Positions 7,384-16,187 of a DNA stretch of 64,000 nt are shown one piece after another. The notes beneath the pieces are model-generated. The model was given only the letters and a program-made list of their open reading frames with translations. It made no database searches and had not been told where the DNA came from. The stretch comes from Clostridiales bacterium (GTDB lineage: Bacteria; Bacillota; Clostridia; Christensenellales; UBA1242), in assembly GCA_015069415.1 (NCBI GenBank), contig SVIQ01000005.1, positions 27,415-91,414 on the forward strand, given 5' to 3'. The first letter of the stretch is position 1. The number at the start of each line of letters is the position of its first letter. The position numbers were made by a program, and so were the translations under genes.

Positions 7384-9818
7384 TGAGTAAGAAAGACAAA
7401 GTAGAAAAGATTAAAAGCATTATTCCAACAGGACAATTGCTTCATAAAACCGTTGAAGAAGTTATGTCAGCATCAATGCTTCCGTACAGTGAATATGTAA
7501 TTTTGGATAGAGCATTGCCTAGAGTTGAAGACGGATTAAAGCCGGTTCAAAGAAGAATTTTAAATGATATGCTTCTTTTGGGACTTACTCCTGATCAAGA
7601 ATTCAGAAAATGTGCGGCAGTAGTCGGTGACGTACTTGGAAAATTTCATCCGCATGGAGACACGTCTGTTTACGGAGCATTGGCTCGTATGGCTCAAGAC
7701 TTCGTAATGGGAGAAACATTAATTGAAGGACATGGAAACTTTGGTTCTATTGATGGAGATAGCCCGGCTGCGTATCGTTACACAGAGTGTAGATTGACTC
7801 CTCTTGCAATGGAGCTAATGAAAGATTTAGACAAAGACACTGTAAGTTTTAGTTTAAACTTTGATGATAGACTTAAAGAGCCTGATTATCTTCCTGGAAA
7901 TTTCCCTAATTTGTTCGTAAATGGTGCTATGGGAATTGCGGTAGGACTTGCTACTAACATTCCTACACACAATTTAGGAGAAATGTTAGACGGTTGTGTG
8001 GCATACATTGAAAATCCTAATATTACACTTGACGAAATGATGAAAATAGTTAAAGGTCCAGATTTTCCAACTGGAGGAATAATTACTATTTCAAACGAAA
8101 CTTATGAAGCTTATGCAACTGGTAGAGGAAAGTGTACTATTAGAGCAAAATTCCATATAGAAGATGAAAAGAATGGAAAGACTAACATTGTCATTGATGA
8201 AATTCCTTATCAAGTGAACAAGGCTGAACTTTTAAAGTCTATTGCAAACTTAAAAGAAAAGATGAAAGATGAGCTTAGTTCCATTAGCGAAATTGCAGAT
8301 GAAACAAGTCATGAGGGAGTAAGAGCTGTAATTACTTTAAAGAAAGATGCAGACGTAGACAGTGTGATTGCTATTCTTCTAAAACATACCGATATGCAAA
8401 TTAACTTCAACTATAATGTTGTTGCGATTGCTGATGGAAGTCCTAAACAACTTGGAATTTTAGAGTACTTAAACTACTATACCAAATATCAATTAGAAGT
8501 TTTAGTTCGTAGAACTAAATTTGATCTTGAAAAGGCAAGAGCTAGAATGCATATCTTAGAAGGATTGCATATTGCAGTAACTAACATTGATGAAGTAATT
8601 AGAACTATTAAGTCATCTGCTTCAACTGCTGAAGCAAAAACAAAACTTATGACTAAGTTTGAACTTACAGAAATTCAAGCGCAAGCAATTCTTGATATGA
8701 GACTAGCAAGACTTACTAATCTTGAAGTTGAAAAACTTAAAGATGAAATGGCTACTTTAAGAAAATTAATTGCTGAATACGAAAGTATTTTAGAAAGTCC
8801 TGCTAAACAACGTAAAGTTCTAAAAACTGAATGGTTGGAACTTAAGAATAAATATGCAACAGAAAGAAAAACAGAGATTGTTGAAACATTTGAAAATTAC
8901 ACAGTTACACCTATTGAAAAACTTTTAGACACAGAGTGTTCGGTGGCGGTAAGTTATGACGGTTTAAGACTTAAGACTTTAGACGTTAAACAATTGCAAA
9001 ATGCAAGCGCAACATATGATTATGACCACATGAACGCACTTCATAAGTTTATGGTGCATACAAGTATGAACAGTAGTGTTTATATTTTCACAAACTTCGG
9101 TAATTTCTTTAAATTAAACGTTAGAGATATTCCGAATTCTAAATTTGTGCAAAAGGGTACTGCCTTTAGTCAAATAACCAATGCGGAAACAAAAGAAAAA
9201 ATCGTTGCAATTTTCAATGAACAAGACTTGAATGAAAGTAAAGAACTTATCATGATTAGTGCAGATGGTTACATTAAACGCGTTGAAACTAGTGAGTATA
9301 TGTCGCTAAAGAGTGGAAGTTTGGCACTTAAACTTAAAGATTTTGACAGACTTGTAACAGTACAAATCAATGACAATCTTCCTTCAATCCTTATGGTTGC
9401 AAATGATGGTATGGCAATCAATTGTGAATATGAAAGTGTTCCTCTAACAAAACGAAACAGTGGTGGAGTCATAGGAATTAACTTAAACGATGGAGCAAAA
9501 GTAATCTTTGCAAGCCTTGTAAACACTCTTGACAAAGTTTTAGTTTTAACTCTTGATGGATGTGCTAAGAAATTTAGTCTAAATGAACTTCCTGTCGGTC
9601 AAAGAAACCGAAAAGGATTAAGAATTGTAACAAGTAAGGAAACGTTGTTTGCAGTAATGTCTCCAGTTGTGGCTGGTGAAGTTATTATGCTATCTAAAGA
9701 TGAAATTTTGAAAGTAGATGTAAATGACATTTCAATTCAAGAAAGAACAAATCCATGTAAGCCAATTAATAAAAAAGCAAAATTAAGCTTGAAAGAGGCT
9801 GGTTTGTACTTAATTTAG
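7383..9818 (+). CDS. parC: type IIA DNA topoisomerase subunit A (ParC-like; no GyrA box seen)
   Basis: Catalytic Tyr context AAYRYTECRLT and PVQRRIL (ParC-like; GyrA usually has PVHRRIL). I could not find a Q-R-R-G-G-K-G type GyrA box at the start of the C-terminal domain. The start overlaps the parE stop (TAATG). Confidence 0.6.
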   Translation: MSKKDKVEKIKSIIPTGQLLHKTVEEVMSASMLPYSEYVILDRALPRVEDGLKPVQRRILNDMLLLGLTPDQEFRKCAAVVGDVLGKFHPHGDTSVYGALARMAQDFVMGETLIEGHGNFGSIDGDSPAAYRYTECRLTPLAMELMKDLDKDTVSFSLNFDDRLKEPDYLPGNFPNLFVNGAMGIAVGLATNIPTHNLGEMLDGCVAYIENPNITLDEMMKIVKGPDFPTGGIITISNETYEAYATGRGKCTIRAKFHIEDEKNGKTNIVIDEIPYQVNKAELLKSIANLKEKMKDELSSISEIADETSHEGVRAVITLKKDADVDSVIAILLKHTDMQINFNYNVVAIADGSPKQLGILEYLNYYTKYQLEVLVRRTKFDLEKARARMHILEGLHIAVTNIDEVIRTIKSSASTAEAKTKLMTKFELTEIQAQAILDMRLARLTNLEVEKLKDEMATLRKLIAEYESILESPAKQRKVLKTEWLELKNKYATERKTEIVETFENYTVTPIEKLLDTECSVAVSYDGLRLKTLDVKQLQNASATYDYDHMNALHKFMVHTSMNSSVYIFTNFGNFFKLNVRDIPNSKFVQKGTAFSQITNAETKEKIVAIFNEQDLNESKELIMISADGYIKRVETSEYMSLKSGSLALKLKDFDRLVTVQINDNLPSILMVANDGMAINCEYESVPLTKRNSGGVIGINLNDGAKVIFASLVNTLDKVLVLTLDGCAKKFSLNELPVGQRNRKGLRIVTSKETLFAVMSPVVAGEVIMLSKDEILKVDVNDISIQERTNPCKPINKKAKLSLKEAGLYLI

Positions 9819-9823
9819 TTATG

Positions 9824-9857
9824 AAAACTAAGGTTTTTGCCTTAGTTTTTCTTTTTT
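9824..9857 (+). terminator. rho-independent terminator after parC
   Basis: 10-bp stem AAAACTAAGG/CCTTAGTTTT followed by a T-run. Confidence 0.7.
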
Positions 9858-9892
9858 GACATTTTATTCTAAATTTTGACATATATAACATT

Positions 9893-10210
9893 ATGGAGTC
9901 GTCTTTCTTAGAGTTAAAGTCTAAGCAAGTCATTAATACTGTGGACGGAAAATGTCTGGGACATATTACAGACATGGTTTTTGATGTCGCGTGCGCAAAA
10001 ATATTAGGACTAATTGTTCCGCAAAGCGGACATGGTTTTTGGGGTATGTTTAAAGGGGGAAAAGAACTGTTTATTCCTTTTGATTGTGTGTTTAAGATTG
10101 GTGTAGATGTAATTTTAGTGGAACTTTACATTGATGATAAGTCGTGTCAAGCTAAGCCTCACCCAAAGAATTGTGGAGAAGAAAAACATAAACCACAACA
10201 TAAAGGATAA
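9893..10210 (+). CDS. ylmC: PRC-barrel sporulation protein, YlmC/YmxH family
   Basis: LELKSKQVINTVDGKCLGHITDMVFD...ILGLIVP is the typical YlmC/YmxH N-terminal PRC-barrel signature. No obvious Shine-Dalgarno sequence. Confidence 0.65.
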   Translation: MESSFLELKSKQVINTVDGKCLGHITDMVFDVACAKILGLIVPQSGHGFWGMFKGGKELFIPFDCVFKIGVDVILVELYIDDKSCQAKPHPKNCGEEKHKPQHKG

Positions 10211-10299
10211 AATTTTTTAAAATATTTTCAAAAAGTGCTTAAATTCGTTTGTATTTTTTGTCGAAATGTGCAATAATAATTTCAATTGAGGTGAAAAAT

Positions 10300-10734
10300 A
10301 TGAAATGCATTTTTTGTGGTAACAGCGAAAGTAAAGTAGTGGACAGTAGATACTTAAAGGACACTTCTATTCGTCGTCGTCGTGAATGTTTGGTTTGTGG
10401 TAAGAGATTTACGACATATGAAACTGCAGAAAGTAATCCTATGGTGGTAACAAATGTGGACAACATTCGTGAACCATTCAAGACTGAAAAGTTAACATGT
10501 TCAATCGAACATGCAGTTTACTGCACTGAAATTGAAAATCAAGTAAAAGACATTGTTGACAAAATTGAAAAGAAACTTTTTGAACTTCAAAAGCAAGAAA
10601 TCACAACTAAAGACATAGTTAAAGTTGCACTTGAAGTTTTGATTGAATTAAGTTCAATGGCTTGCCTTGTTTACTACACTCAACACACTGATTGTGATGA
10701 TTTCGATGGAGTAAGAAGATTTATTAATATGTAA
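10300..10734 (+). CDS. nrdR: transcriptional repressor NrdR
   Basis: Zinc ribbon MKCIFCGNSESKVVDSR...RRRRECLVCGKRFTTYE followed by an ATP-cone-like C-terminus. GAGGTG RBS. I prefer the ATG at 10300 over the track start at 10249. Confidence 0.85.
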   Translation: MKCIFCGNSESKVVDSRYLKDTSIRRRRECLVCGKRFTTYETAESNPMVVTNVDNIREPFKTEKLTCSIEHAVYCTEIENQVKDIVDKIEKKLFELQKQEITTKDIVKVALEVLIELSSMACLVYYTQHTDCDDFDGVRRFINM

Positions 10735-10934
10735 AAAATTAAAGCAGTTATTTAACTGTTTTTTTTATTAAATAAACAACTCATTAAATTTCAGATTGTT
10801 AAAAAATTTATTTATTAATTTTTATTTTTTTACGAAGAAAATAAAATGGTAATTAATAATAAAAAATATTATTTAATTAATAAATTAATTAAATAAAAAT
10901 ATTAAAAATATTTTAAAAATTTTGTCAAAATGTT

Positions 10935-10963
10935 TTGATTTAAAATTTTATGTATGTTATACT
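10935..10963 (+). promoter_or_regulatory. sigma-A type promoter placing the transcription start at or next to the ATG of the PAP2 gene (possible leaderless mRNA)
   Basis: TTGATT, 17-nt spacer, TGt-TATACT. The -10 ends 6 nt before the ATG at 10970, and no Shine-Dalgarno sequence lies between them. Confidence 0.4.
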
Positions 10964-10969
10964 TGAATT

Positions 10970-11599
10970 ATGAAAACAAATAAATTTAGAACAAATATAT
11001 CATTTGCAATTATATTTTTGTGCTTAGCACTCTTTATTTTGCTTTGCGCATTGCAGGAAAGAGGAAGCTTAAAAATTGACACATCTGCTGTTGATTTCGT
11101 ACTTGATTTAAGAAGGGGTTGGCTTAACAAAATCGTGAAACTGGTAACTCATGTGGGATCGTTCTATGTTTTGTTAGTTGTTGCCTTATTAGTTGCAATC
11201 TTTAACAAAAAAGTAGGATTTGTGTCAGTGTTTGGTCTAGGTGTTTCAGGAGTGTTGAATTTTATTGTGAAACACATTATTGAACGTCCTCGTCCTGATA
11301 TTAAATTGATCGCTGAAACAGGATTTAGTTTCCCAAGCGGACATGCTATGATGAGTATTACATTGTATGGTTTCTTACTTTATGCAGTTATTGTTAACAT
11401 TAACAAGACATGGTTAAAAAGTTTGCTAGCAACACTTCTTGTTGGTATGATTGCAGTTTCTGGATTAAGTAGAGTCTACTTAGGTGTTCATTACTTAAGC
11501 GATGTTATTGCCGGATATGCATTAGGACTTGCTATCTTAGTACCAATAATATATTCATTTAAAAACTTAAACTTTGGCGATTTTAAGTTAAAAAAATAA
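10970..11599 (+). CDS. PAP2-family lipid phosphatase (BcrC/undecaprenyl-diphosphatase-like)
   Basis: All three PAP2 motifs are present (KHIIERPRP, PSGH, SRVYLGVHYLSD). Multi-pass membrane protein. Confidence 0.75.
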   Translation: MKTNKFRTNISFAIIFLCLALFILLCALQERGSLKIDTSAVDFVLDLRRGWLNKIVKLVTHVGSFYVLLVVALLVAIFNKKVGFVSVFGLGVSGVLNFIVKHIIERPRPDIKLIAETGFSFPSGHAMMSITLYGFLLYAVIVNINKTWLKSLLATLLVGMIAVSGLSRVYLGVHYLSDVIAGYALGLAILVPIIYSFKNLNFGDFKLKK

Positions 11600-11609
11600 A
11601 CAATAAAAG

Positions 11610-11637
11610 AATTGCAAAATTCATTGCAATTTTTTTT
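11610..11637 (+). terminator. rho-independent terminator after the PAP2 gene
   Basis: 8-bp stem AATTGCAA/TTGCAATT followed by a T-run. Confidence 0.65.
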
Positions 11638-11674
11638 GTTTTGTGTTAGAGTAGGTTGGAATTTAAGGAGAATT

Positions 11675-13255
11675 ATGATTACAGTTAATAATGTTTTAGT
11701 TCAATTTGGAAGTAGAAAATTGTTTGATGAAGTAAATTTAAAATTTACTAAAGGTAATTGTTACGGAGTAATTGGTGCAAATGGTGCAGGTAAATCTACA
11801 TTTATGAAGGTTTTGAGTGGTGAATTAGAGCCAAACAAAGGTGATGTTTCAATACCTGCAAAAGAAAGATTGTCTGTTCTTGAACAAAACCAAGAAAAGT
11901 ACAACGATTACACTGTTCTTAAAACCGTTTTAATGGGACACAAACGTCTTGTTGAGATTATGGATGAAAAAGAAGTGTATTACCAAAAAACAGATTTTAC
12001 TGAAGAAGACGGAATCAAACTTAGTGAATTAGAAGCTGAGTTTATGGAAATGAATGGTTGGGACGCTGAAAGTGAAGCTGAAAGTTTACTTAATTCGTTA
12101 GATATTCCTAAAGAGTTGCATTATGAATTAATGGGTAACATTGACAGTAAAATAAAAGTTAAAGTGCTTCTTGCTCAAGCATTGTTTTCAAATCCAGACA
12201 ACTTGATTCTAGATGAGCCTACAAACAACTTAGACGTTAAAACAATTCGTTGGTTGGAAGACTTCATTTTGAATTTTGAAAACACAATCATAATCGTCAG
12301 CCACAACAGACATTTTTTAAACAAAGTTTGTACTCATATCTGTGACATTGATTACGGAAAAATCAATTTGTTCTTAGGTAACTATGATTTCTGGTATGAA
12401 TCAAGTCAACTTGCTTTGAAGCAACAAAAGGACCAAAACAAGAAAGCAGAACAACGAGCTAAAGAACTTCAAGAGTTTATTGCTAGATTTGCAGCGAATG
12501 CTTCAAAATCAAAACAAGCAACAAGTAGAAAGAAAGAGCTTGAAAGACTTACAATTGAAGATATTAAGCCAAGCAGTAGAAAGTATCCATACATTGATTT
12601 CAAGTTTGAACAACGTATTGGTAACGACATCTTGTTTGTTAAAAACTTGACAAAAAAAGGACTTTTTGAAAATGTTTCATTTACTGTTAGACCGGACAAT
12701 AAAATTGCAATCATTAGCGAAAATAGTAACGTTGTAACAGCTTTATTTGATATTTTGTCAGGTAAAGACACGGATTACAAAGGAGAAGTTAAGTGGGGTA
12801 AAACCATAACTTCAACATATCTACCTCAAAATAACAATGAATATTTTGAAGGTTCAGAAATGTCTTTAGTTGAGTGGATTGGTCAGTACACAAAAGAAAC
12901 AGATGCAACATTCCTTCGTTCATGGCTTGGAAGAATGTTGTTTAGTGGTGAAGAAGCTGAAAAACAAGCTCAAGTTTTGTCGGGTGGTGAAAAAGTTAGA
13001 TGTATGCTTGCTCGCATGATGCTCCAAAGTGGAAACTTCTTGCTTTTAGATGAACCTACTAACCACTTAGATTTGGAATCAATTACAGCACTTAACAAAG
13101 GTATGGAAAGATTCGAAGGTTGCATGATTTTCTCAACACACGATGAAGAAATTATTTCAACAGTTGCAAACAGAATTATTCGTATCAATTCAACTCTTGA
13201 ATATGACAACGAAATTGATTACGAAAGCTATGTAGAAACTCAAATGAAAAAATAA
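11675..13255 (+). CDS. ABC-F family ATPase (YbiT/YkpA-like) with a degenerate second Walker A
   Basis: Two NBDs and no TM region. NBD1 Walker A is GANGAGKST. NBD2 has signature LSGGEKVR and Walker B LLLDEPTNHLD. A basic inter-domain linker is present. AAGGAG RBS before the ATG at 11675. The NBD2 P-loop position reads ISENSNVVTAL (no GK[ST]). Confidence 0.8.
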   Translation: MITVNNVLVQFGSRKLFDEVNLKFTKGNCYGVIGANGAGKSTFMKVLSGELEPNKGDVSIPAKERLSVLEQNQEKYNDYTVLKTVLMGHKRLVEIMDEKEVYYQKTDFTEEDGIKLSELEAEFMEMNGWDAESEAESLLNSLDIPKELHYELMGNIDSKIKVKVLLAQALFSNPDNLILDEPTNNLDVKTIRWLEDFILNFENTIIIVSHNRHFLNKVCTHICDIDYGKINLFLGNYDFWYESSQLALKQQKDQNKKAEQRAKELQEFIARFAANASKSKQATSRKKELERLTIEDIKPSSRKYPYIDFKFEQRIGNDILFVKNLTKKGLFENVSFTVRPDNKIAIISENSNVVTALFDILSGKDTDYKGEVKWGKTITSTYLPQNNNEYFEGSEMSLVEWIGQYTKETDATFLRSWLGRMLFSGEEAEKQAQVLSGGEKVRCMLARMMLQSGNFLLLDEPTNHLDLESITALNKGMERFEGCMIFSTHDEEIISTVANRIIRINSTLEYDNEIDYESYVETQMKK

Positions 13256-13300
13256 AAATTAAACTAGTCTTTTTGGCTAGTTTTTTTCATATCTTTTAGT

Positions 13301-13555
13301 ATGAGTATGATGAGCGAAATTGAAAGTTTGATGACGGAAGTGGGAGCTTCTTCGTCATACAGGATTGTAAATGTTGGAGGTAAATCTTTGTATGTTGAAG
13401 GTATTAAAAATTTAGTTGATTTAAAAAGTGAACAAATACAATTTGGTTTAAAAAATCACTTGCTTACAATCGTTGGAAATAATTTAAAAATCAAGTATTT
13501 AGACAAAACAACTGCAGTGATAGATGGGGAAATTAAAGAGGTTATTACAAAGTGA
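13301..13555 (+). CDS. yqfC: sporulation protein YqfC (YabP/YqfC family)
   Basis: 84 aa with YabP/YqfC-like repeats (VEGIKNLVDL...LTIVGNNLKIKYLDKTTAVIDGEIKEV). Immediately upstream of, and overlapping, a yqfD-like gene. Confidence 0.6.
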   Translation: MSMMSEIESLMTEVGASSSYRIVNVGGKSLYVEGIKNLVDLKSEQIQFGLKNHLLTIVGNNLKIKYLDKTTAVIDGEIKEVITK

Positions 13556-14637
13556 AATTTGAATTAAATGGTTACGGTGTAGAAAATTTAATAAAAACTT
13601 TGCATAGCAAAAAAATTAAAATTTTTAATCTTACTTACGAAGAGAAAAAAGTAACATTCGAAGTAATGGATAAGGACGAAAAGAAAGTAAAACGCTACAT
13701 TGGAAATTTTAAAGTTAAAAAAACTTTTACAAATTTTAAGGCACTTCCAAAATTTTTGCTTGCAAATGTTGGAGTTGTTATTGGACTGTTTTTAGGCATT
13801 ATTTGTCTAATATTTGCATCAACTTTTACATGGGATATTAGGATTTATGGAACAAAAGATTTAAAGGTAAATGAAATATTAAATGTTTTGGAAGAAAATG
13901 GTGTAAAAAGGGGTAGAATAAACACTGAAACAAAAGAGGATATTGAAAATATTTTACTTGAAAAATACGACAGAATAGCTCAAGTTTCTGTTATGAAAAA
14001 AGGGACAACGATTTTAATAAATTTAAGTGAAAAATTAGTTTACGATGAAGAAGAATTTTTACCTATCACAGCAAAATTTTCAGGAATTGTGACAAGTGTA
14101 AACGTGGTAACTGGAACTCTAAATGTAAAAGTTGGAGATTATGTAAACGAAGGAGATTTACTCGTGTTACCTTTCAATATAAATAAAAATGGCGAGAAAG
14201 TAAACGTCTGTCCAAAAGCGGAAATCTATGGCGAAATTTTTTTAACAGAAAAGAAAGAATTGAAACGAAAAGAAACTGTGTTAGTTAGAACTGGAAAGAA
14301 GATTGTAACGTATGATTATTTCTTTAAAAAGAAAAAACTTTTTTCGCGTAAAGTTAAAAATTCGTTTGCTCTTTTTGAAACTAATATGTATAATGAAAAT
14401 ATAAGCAATGTTGTGCCTTTAAATAGAAATAAAATTGTAACTTATGAATTAAAAACTGAAGAAATTACACATAATTTTGATGAAGAGAAAGAAAATCTAA
14501 TTAATGAGTGTGAAGAAACGGCTAAAGAAAAAGCTAGAGATAATGAAATATTAAGCACAACGACAAGTACGTTTGTTTATAATGACACAATGTACGCAGT
14601 AACGATATTAAAAATCAAAGGATTAATCAATGATTGA
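13552..14637 (+). CDS. yqfD: sporulation protein YqfD (stage IV-type)
   Basis: 361 aa with a single TM segment near residue 70-95. Position after yqfC and before ybeY, as in Bacillus. The GTG start overlaps the yqfC stop. Confidence 0.55.
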   Translation: MKFELNGYGVENLIKTLHSKKIKIFNLTYEEKKVTFEVMDKDEKKVKRYIGNFKVKKTFTNFKALPKFLLANVGVVIGLFLGIICLIFASTFTWDIRIYGTKDLKVNEILNVLEENGVKRGRINTETKEDIENILLEKYDRIAQVSVMKKGTTILINLSEKLVYDEEEFLPITAKFSGIVTSVNVVTGTLNVKVGDYVNEGDLLVLPFNINKNGEKVNVCPKAEIYGEIFLTEKKELKRKETVLVRTGKKIVTYDYFFKKKKLFSRKVKNSFALFETNMYNENISNVVPLNRNKIVTYELKTEEITHNFDEEKENLINECEETAKEKARDNEILSTTTSTFVYNDTMYAVTILKIKGLIND

Positions 14638-15997
14638 ATTTAACACTGAAGATATAGAATTTAAGGAAGATTTAATTCGCGTTCACGACGAAGTTGTGCG
14701 CGTTTTGTCTTTGCCTAAAAACATTAAAGTAAATTTAAATTTTGTTTCTGCTGAAGAAATTAGAATTATTAATAGAGACACAAGAAAGTTGGATAGAGCA
14801 ACGGATGTTTTGTCGTATCCTTACACAAATTTAAGACCAGGTGAAAAACTTTGTGTCGATGATTATGCTTTTAACATTGACCCTACGGACGACACGTTAA
14901 CAATAGGGGATATCTACATTTGCGTAGACAGAGCAAAAGAGCAAGCGTTTGAATATAATCACTCTTTAAAAAGAGAAGTTTGTTTCTTGTTCTGTCATGG
15001 AATGCTTCATATTGCAGGATATGACCATATTAAAGAAGAAGATGCTCAGCTTATGGAAAAAATGCAAGAAAAGATTTTAACAAAGCTTAACATTACAAGA
15101 AAATGTTTTCAAAGTGGTTTCGTAACAATTGTTGGTAACACTAATGCTGGAAAGAGCACATTAATTAATGCTTTAGTAGGAGAGAAAGTTGCTATTGTTA
15201 GCCCTAAATCTCAGACTACAAGAGAGAATATTCATGGTATTTACAACGCCGATGATTGTCAAATTGTTTTTGTAGACACTCCAGGTTATCACAAAAGAAA
15301 CAATCTAATTGATGACGAAATGGACAAGCAAATCCGCGTTGCTCAAGAAGACACAGAAGTTGTTGTAATGATGATCGTTGCTAATAAACCTCTTTTGGAA
15401 CAGTATAATGAACTTGCAAAAAAAGTAAACAAAAGAGCGAAAAAGATTTTAGTTATTAACAAAATTGATGAAGTAAGTTACGAAAAACTTTATCCACAGT
15501 TGTTCTTACTTGGTAAAGAAACAACAGTTAATGAAATTTTGCCTATTAGCGCAATGAAAAACAAAAATTTAGATATTTTGATTTCTATGATTAAAAAGTA
15601 CTTACCTTGCTATGACTATGAAATGAGATATTATCCTATCGATGAGTACACGGACAAAAATCTTAGACATATGGTGGCGGAAATCATTCGAGAACGTGCG
15701 CTTTTATATTTAGACGATGAAATTCCGCATGGAATTCAAGTTGTTGTAACAGATTATAAGGAAAACACAAAACCTATCCAAATTTATGCTGAACTTTATT
15801 GCGAAAAAGAATCTCACAAAGCAATTATTTTAGGTAAAAAAGGTGAAATGATTAAAAGAATTTCAACCAGTGCTAGGCTGTCAGCTGAAAAATTGGTAGG
15901 TTCAAAAATCAATCTTCAAATTTTCGTTAAAGTTAAACAAAATTGGAGAAATGATTCAAAAGCAATTTCTGAATTCGGACTTGAAATTAGTGAATAA
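14630..15997 (+). CDS. ybeY/era: fusion of the endoribonuclease YbeY and the GTPase Era
   Basis: N-terminal ~155 aa carry the YbeY zinc motif HGMLHIAGYDH. They are followed by Era G1 GNTNAGKSTLINAL, SPKSQTTR, DTPG, and a C-terminal KH region. It is one continuous 455-aa frame. Confidence 0.85.
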   Translation: MIEFNTEDIEFKEDLIRVHDEVVRVLSLPKNIKVNLNFVSAEEIRIINRDTRKLDRATDVLSYPYTNLRPGEKLCVDDYAFNIDPTDDTLTIGDIYICVDRAKEQAFEYNHSLKREVCFLFCHGMLHIAGYDHIKEEDAQLMEKMQEKILTKLNITRKCFQSGFVTIVGNTNAGKSTLINALVGEKVAIVSPKSQTTRENIHGIYNADDCQIVFVDTPGYHKRNNLIDDEMDKQIRVAQEDTEVVVMMIVANKPLLEQYNELAKKVNKRAKKILVINKIDEVSYEKLYPQLFLLGKETTVNEILPISAMKNKNLDILISMIKKYLPCYDYEMRYYPIDEYTDKNLRHMVAEIIRERALLYLDDEIPHGIQVVVTDYKENTKPIQIYAELYCEKESHKAIILGKKGEMIKRISTSARLSAEKLVGSKINLQIFVKVKQNWRNDSKAISEFGLEISE

Positions 15998-16037
15998 ATT
16001 AGATTTAATTTCATAAAATAAACTAACGAGGTGGGTT

Positions 16038-16181
16038 ATGGATTTAAATGAAATAAAAGAAGGCTTTTGGGAATGCTTTTTAAAACAAGGCAAAGTTGAA
16101 GATTATCTTCGTTACTCTCAACTTAAACACTTATGCGAAAATGTTTATGGAAAAGATGAAGAAGTTACTCTAGAATTGTAA
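16038..16181 (+). CDS. small YqzL-like protein (47 aa)
   Basis: Not in the ORF track (under 60 aa). My translation is MDLNEIKEGFWECFLKQGKVEDYLRYSQLKHLCENVYGKDEEVTLEL. GAGGTGGG RBS. It sits between era and recO, exactly where yqzL sits in Bacillus. Confidence 0.5.
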   Translation: MDLNEIKEGFWECFLKQGKVEDYLRYSQLKHLCENVYGKDEEVTLEL

Positions 16182-16187
16182 AAATTT

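Noticed and set aside
5440-9818. Calling the topoisomerase pair gyrB/gyrA.
   Set aside because: The A subunit lacks a visible GyrA box and has ParC-like PVQRRIL, and the locus lacks the origin-proximal gyrase context. I kept it as ParE/ParC-like with moderate confidence rather than gyrase.
9858-9892. Sporulation-sigma (sigma-E/sigma-G/sigma-K) promoters upstream of ylmC and yqfC.
   Set aside because: Fragments such as GACATATATAAC and TCATATC loosely resemble -10 and -35 elements. The spacing and matches are too weak in this A/T-rich context to report as features.
13553-13555. Possibility of genetic code 4 (TGA read as Trp), given the very low G+C content.
   Set aside because: TGA terminates well-defined genes (for example yqfC at 13553-13555 and the hydrolase at 3420-3422). 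The tRNA-Trp anticodon is CCA, not UCA. The standard code 11 fits.
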